Assembly: GCA_903841185.1 (NCBI GenBank)
Contig: CAIMIV010000070.1
Coordinates: 2,984 to 66,983 of the forward strand
Direction: 5' to 3'
Length of the DNA stretch: 64,000 nt
From: an uncultured bacterium
GTDB lineage: Bacteria; Patescibacteriota; Minisyncoccia; Moranbacterales; UBA2206
Shown here: one piece after another, positions 60,851-64,000 of the stretch
Numbering within the stretch: the first letter of the stretch is position 1
Layout: each line of letters begins with the position of its first letter
Notes under the pieces: generated by a model
Database searches by the model: none
Told to the model about the DNA's origin: nothing
Seen by the model: only the letters and a program-made list of their open reading frames with translations
Made by a program: the position numbers and the translations under genes

Positions 60851-61152
60851 AGCTACCTCCTTTTCATAGATCTTGTTTATAATTGAGACGACAATGAGTC
60901 ACACCACACCCGTTTTGAAGATATGCTGAAATTTTTCAAGCCTCCCTCAGCACACCACGTGCCATTATTTTTTTATTCAATTTTAAAGAGAACTATTGAA
61001 ATTGAAGGATAGCAAATAGCGGTGCCTTTGTAAATAGTTCTGCCCCCCAAGTTCAAGAAATAATCGCATACAAAAAAGCGCCGTACCCGTAGGTCGTGCG
61101 CTGATACTTTTTCCACCAAAGCGGATTTCCGCTAAGGAGTGATTGTTTTTTG

Positions 61153-61416
61153 TTATAAAACAATCATGGAACCTGGATCTGGACCTTTATACCAGCAAAT
61201 GCGTCTAGCGCCTCCTCTGGCATAACTATCATCCAGCTTCTGCATTTCCTCCAGGTTTTCACAAACAATCATTCTTTCACCAAGACCCTGATCATATCCG
61301 CAGATTACCCTCTCGTCTTTTCCGAGAATTGGCATAGCGGTAGGCCTCCCATGGAGCTTCAGTGACTCCAGTAATTCAACTCCGAACAGCTCTTTTTTCT
61401 TGCCAAGTTCTTTCAT
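61153..61416 (-). CDS. Hypothetical protein
   Basis: AGGAGG RBS, 87 aa. Confidence 0.6.
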   Translation of the reverse strand: MKELGKKKELFGVELLESLKLHGRPTAMPILGKDERVICGYDQGLGERMIVCENLEEMQKLDDSYARGGARRICWYKGPDPGSMIVL

Positions 61417-61961
61417 TAGTTGTTACCTCCTGGTTTGTTGTTTGACTACTCATTCCAATTTCAGGACTTTATATCCCAGCATAAAGTCTCCAATTTATTC
61501 CTCCCATGAATTTTTTTAGTATTTTATTTTCACAAACTGACAGCCGAATAATCCAAAAATTTCAATTATTCAACTGCCAGTTCGTGCTTTATTTTTTAAT
61601 GAACCCAATAGAACATCTTAGCACAAAATTTTGAAGAAGTCAAGCTATTCAAACAAAAAATAGCTTTATAAAGCCATTTATTAATTGATAATCCGGAATA
61701 TTTTTAAGTTTGTTTAAAAAATAATCCTTTATGAAAACTAGCGCGAGCAATTTCAAAATCTTTTTGAAATACTTTGGGAGAGTGGCACAGATATCAAAAC
61801 AACAAGAAAAACACGAACTAAAAAATAGGCTTGAACTGCAATTCGAGGTGACGAAAAACAAAGATTGAATAAGCCTTATTTTTAAATTTAAAAAATGAAA
61901 GGCTCATAGACGTTATGTCCATGAGCCTTTTCCAATACTACGTTGAGATTGGTCGGTGATG

Positions 61962-63239
61962 CTATTTTTTGATAGCGTGATTTGCGATATCATCCCTGTA
62001 GAAAAGCCCATCATGCCTGATTCCTGATACTGCCTGGTAGGCCGCATGTTGAGCCTCAACAAATGTCTCTCCCAGGGCAGTAACTCCCAAAACCCTGCCA
62101 CCCGACGACACCAATTCACCTTGTTCATTTAAGGCGGTTCCGGCGTGATATACCTTTGCTCCGGCTTGTTCCACTTCATCGATGCCCTCTATGTAAAGGC
62201 TTTTTCGATATGATCCAGGATAACCATTGGCGGCCATCACGACGCAAACTGCCTTGCGAGGATCCCAATCAATTTGGCATTTATCCAGCTCTCCCTTCAG
62301 TGCGGCCAAAAGAATAGGGACCAGGTCGGATTTCATCCTCATCATGAGAGGTTGTGTTTCAGGATCTCCCATCCTGACATTGAATTCAAGCACTTTTGGA
62401 TTTCCATCCCGGTCAATCATAAGACCAGCATACAAAAATCCTGTGAACGGCCTTCCCTCTTTGATCATTGCGTCCACTGTCGGATAAATGATTTCATTGA
62501 GAACTCGCCGCTCTATTTCAGCGGTAACAACGGGAGCCGGAGAGTATGCACCCATGCCACCGGTATTCAAACCGGTGTCGTCATTTCCGACCCGTTTATG
62601 GTCCTGCGATGATGCGAGCGGAAGGACATGGCCGTTCTCATCCACGAGAACGATATATGACGCTTCTTCACCGCGGAGAAATTCCTCGATAATAATGCAT
62701 TCGCCGGCATCACCAAACTTACGCGCAACCATGATTTCCTGGATTGCCGAAATGGCATCAGCAAGGTTTTCGCAGATGAATACGCCTTTCCCCGCAGCCA
62801 GACCATTGGCCTTGATAACCACAGGAAAGTCTTGATCCACCACATATTTTTCTGCGGAAGTTGGATCATAAAACCGTTTGTATCCTGCCGTAGGGATATC
62901 ATATTTCTCAAGCAAGGCCTTCGTGAATAGCTTTGATCCCTCCAATATGGCAGCTCCTTTGCTTGGCCCGAAAATTGCCAAACCGTTCTCCTTGAACACG
63001 TCAACAATTCCCATCGTAAGCGGATCCTCCGGACCCACGATTGTAAGGTCAATGCATTCCTGTTTCGCAAACTCCAAGAGTCCCGGAATATCATTCACGG
63101 GAATCTTCACATTAGTCGCATACGCAGATGTTCCCGCATTACCAGGGGCGCAGAATACTTTTTTAACGAGAGGTGATTCGAAAATTTTCCTTACCAGCGC
63201 AGCCTCTCTCCCACCATTTCCAACTATTAAAACCTTCAT
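61962..63239 (-). CDS. purD: Phosphoribosylamine-glycine ligase
   Basis: MKVLIVGNGGRE, APGNAG, GPEDPL, GLAAGKGV, NTGGMGAY, EFNVRMGDPE, GGRVL. Confidence 0.96.
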   Translation of the reverse strand: MKVLIVGNGGREAALVRKIFESPLVKKVFCAPGNAGTSAYATNVKIPVNDIPGLLEFAKQECIDLTIVGPEDPLTMGIVDVFKENGLAIFGPSKGAAILEGSKLFTKALLEKYDIPTAGYKRFYDPTSAEKYVVDQDFPVVIKANGLAAGKGVFICENLADAISAIQEIMVARKFGDAGECIIIEEFLRGEEASYIVLVDENGHVLPLASSQDHKRVGNDDTGLNTGGMGAYSPAPVVTAEIERRVLNEIIYPTVDAMIKEGRPFTGFLYAGLMIDRDGNPKVLEFNVRMGDPETQPLMMRMKSDLVPILLAALKGELDKCQIDWDPRKAVCVVMAANGYPGSYRKSLYIEGIDEVEQAGAKVYHAGTALNEQGELVSSGGRVLGVTALGETFVEAQHAAYQAVSGIRHDGLFYRDDIANHAIKK

Positions 63240-63587
63240 AGGACCCCCTTTTTTTGAATGTTGTACTCCCTTATTACACACCGATAGTCATGGAATCAAA
63301 AGCCCTCTATTCATATTCCGTTTTTTTCATCCCCCCTTTTTTTTAACTAATAGTTGCATTTACCTGCAAAATTTCACAGCGTTAAACTACGCATCCAAAA
63401 TTTCAATTTTCATTCTATTTTTAAGGTCCCGACTGCCTAAGAAAGCAGTTTCTTATAATACCAGGTCTTACATATTTATGCAATATAACACATCGCGTGT
63501 GCGATAATCTTTAAAATTATGTTTTTCAAAAATAAAAAGAGTGGCGATGCACATGTGCATCGCCACTCCGATGGAAACTATGCTCCA

Positions 63588-63695
63588 TCACTTCTTGATT
63601 GGCTTTCCTGCTTTGATTTTCTTCACCGATTTAATCAGCTTAACCGGTTTAGAATCCTGTTGAATGCCGGCAGAGCCTGTGTTTGCTCCAGACAT
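63588..63695 (-). CDS. Possible small Lys-rich peptide (35 aa)
   Basis: GGGGGTG RBS-like sequence; MSGANTG...KKIKAGKPIKK; followed by a hairpin. Confidence 0.35.
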   Translation of the reverse strand: MSGANTGSAGIQQDSKPVKLIKSVKKIKAGKPIKK

Positions 63696-63699
63696 ATTC

Positions 63700-63999
63700 T
63701 CACCCCCTTTCTTCCAATGCTTGAATTTGCTTAAAAATGAAATTCTCCTCTTGCAACAGCTTTTTGGAAAAATTATCTTTCCATTGAGCAACACCCTTTT
63801 TGTACAGCAATCTAAATGAACTTGCGGTATCCACCTTCCCTATTGTATACTTTTCCAAATTCTCATCGTATCGTGAAATGCCCTTGGTCAATTCCTCCAG
63901 TGTATATGCAATGGAATACGGCACGCGATAACAGGTGTCAGCATCCAGTAGGAATGTTTCGGCGGGACTAACCGACTGCGGATAATAGATCACCCGCAC
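63700..63999 (-). CDS. Hypothetical protein, probably truncated by the window edge
   Basis: Open frame reaches the window end. Confidence 0.5.
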   Translation of the reverse strand: MRVIYYPQSVSPAETFLLDADTCYRVPYSIAYTLEELTKGISRYDENLEKYTIGKVDTASSFRLLYKKGVAQWKDNFSKKLLQEENFIFKQIQALEERG

Positions 64000-64000
64000 T

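Noticed and set aside
57094-63520. Purine or ZTP riboswitch upstream of purN or purD
   Set aside because: No recognisable consensus by eye; only terminator hairpins seen. An Infernal search would be needed to exclude one
1-64000. Alternative genetic code (TGA=Gly), tRNA/rRNA genes, retron or DGR
   Set aside because: Conserved genes are full length under code 11 and rpiB ends at TGA; no tRNA/rRNA signature or reverse transcriptase seen

Overview
This 64 kb bacterial window has moderate GC and is mostly coded on the minus strand. Gene content (sortase with Ca-binding repeats, TrmB, DUF218, lmo0937-type and YggT small membrane proteins, Cys-rich surface protein) suggests a Patescibacteria/CPR-like genome, but that is inference. 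The left third holds envelope and glycosylation genes, a sortase with its likely substrate, transporters, an AntA antirepressor with a deleted duplicate, and an ArsR metal-resistance operon. The centre (about 32.3-43.6 kb) is the most notable part. It carries a complete nicotinamide-to-NADP salvage pathway (pncA-like, pncB, nadD, nadE, nadK) with a TerY-P-type vWA/PP2C/kinase triad placed directly behind the nicotinamidase. It also has an NrtR repressor with five visible GTGT-N7-ACAC operators and two unannotated paralogous ~50-aa proteins near the two ends of the locus. The right third has peptidase and transport genes, an orphan Mu-Gam-like gene opposite TrmB, and a pentose/de novo purine cluster (purL, purN, FIG-like phosphatase, rpe, rpiB with an internal duplication, purD). 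No rRNA, tRNA, CRISPR array, integrase or transposase was seen. All calls come from motif reading by eye, without database searches.
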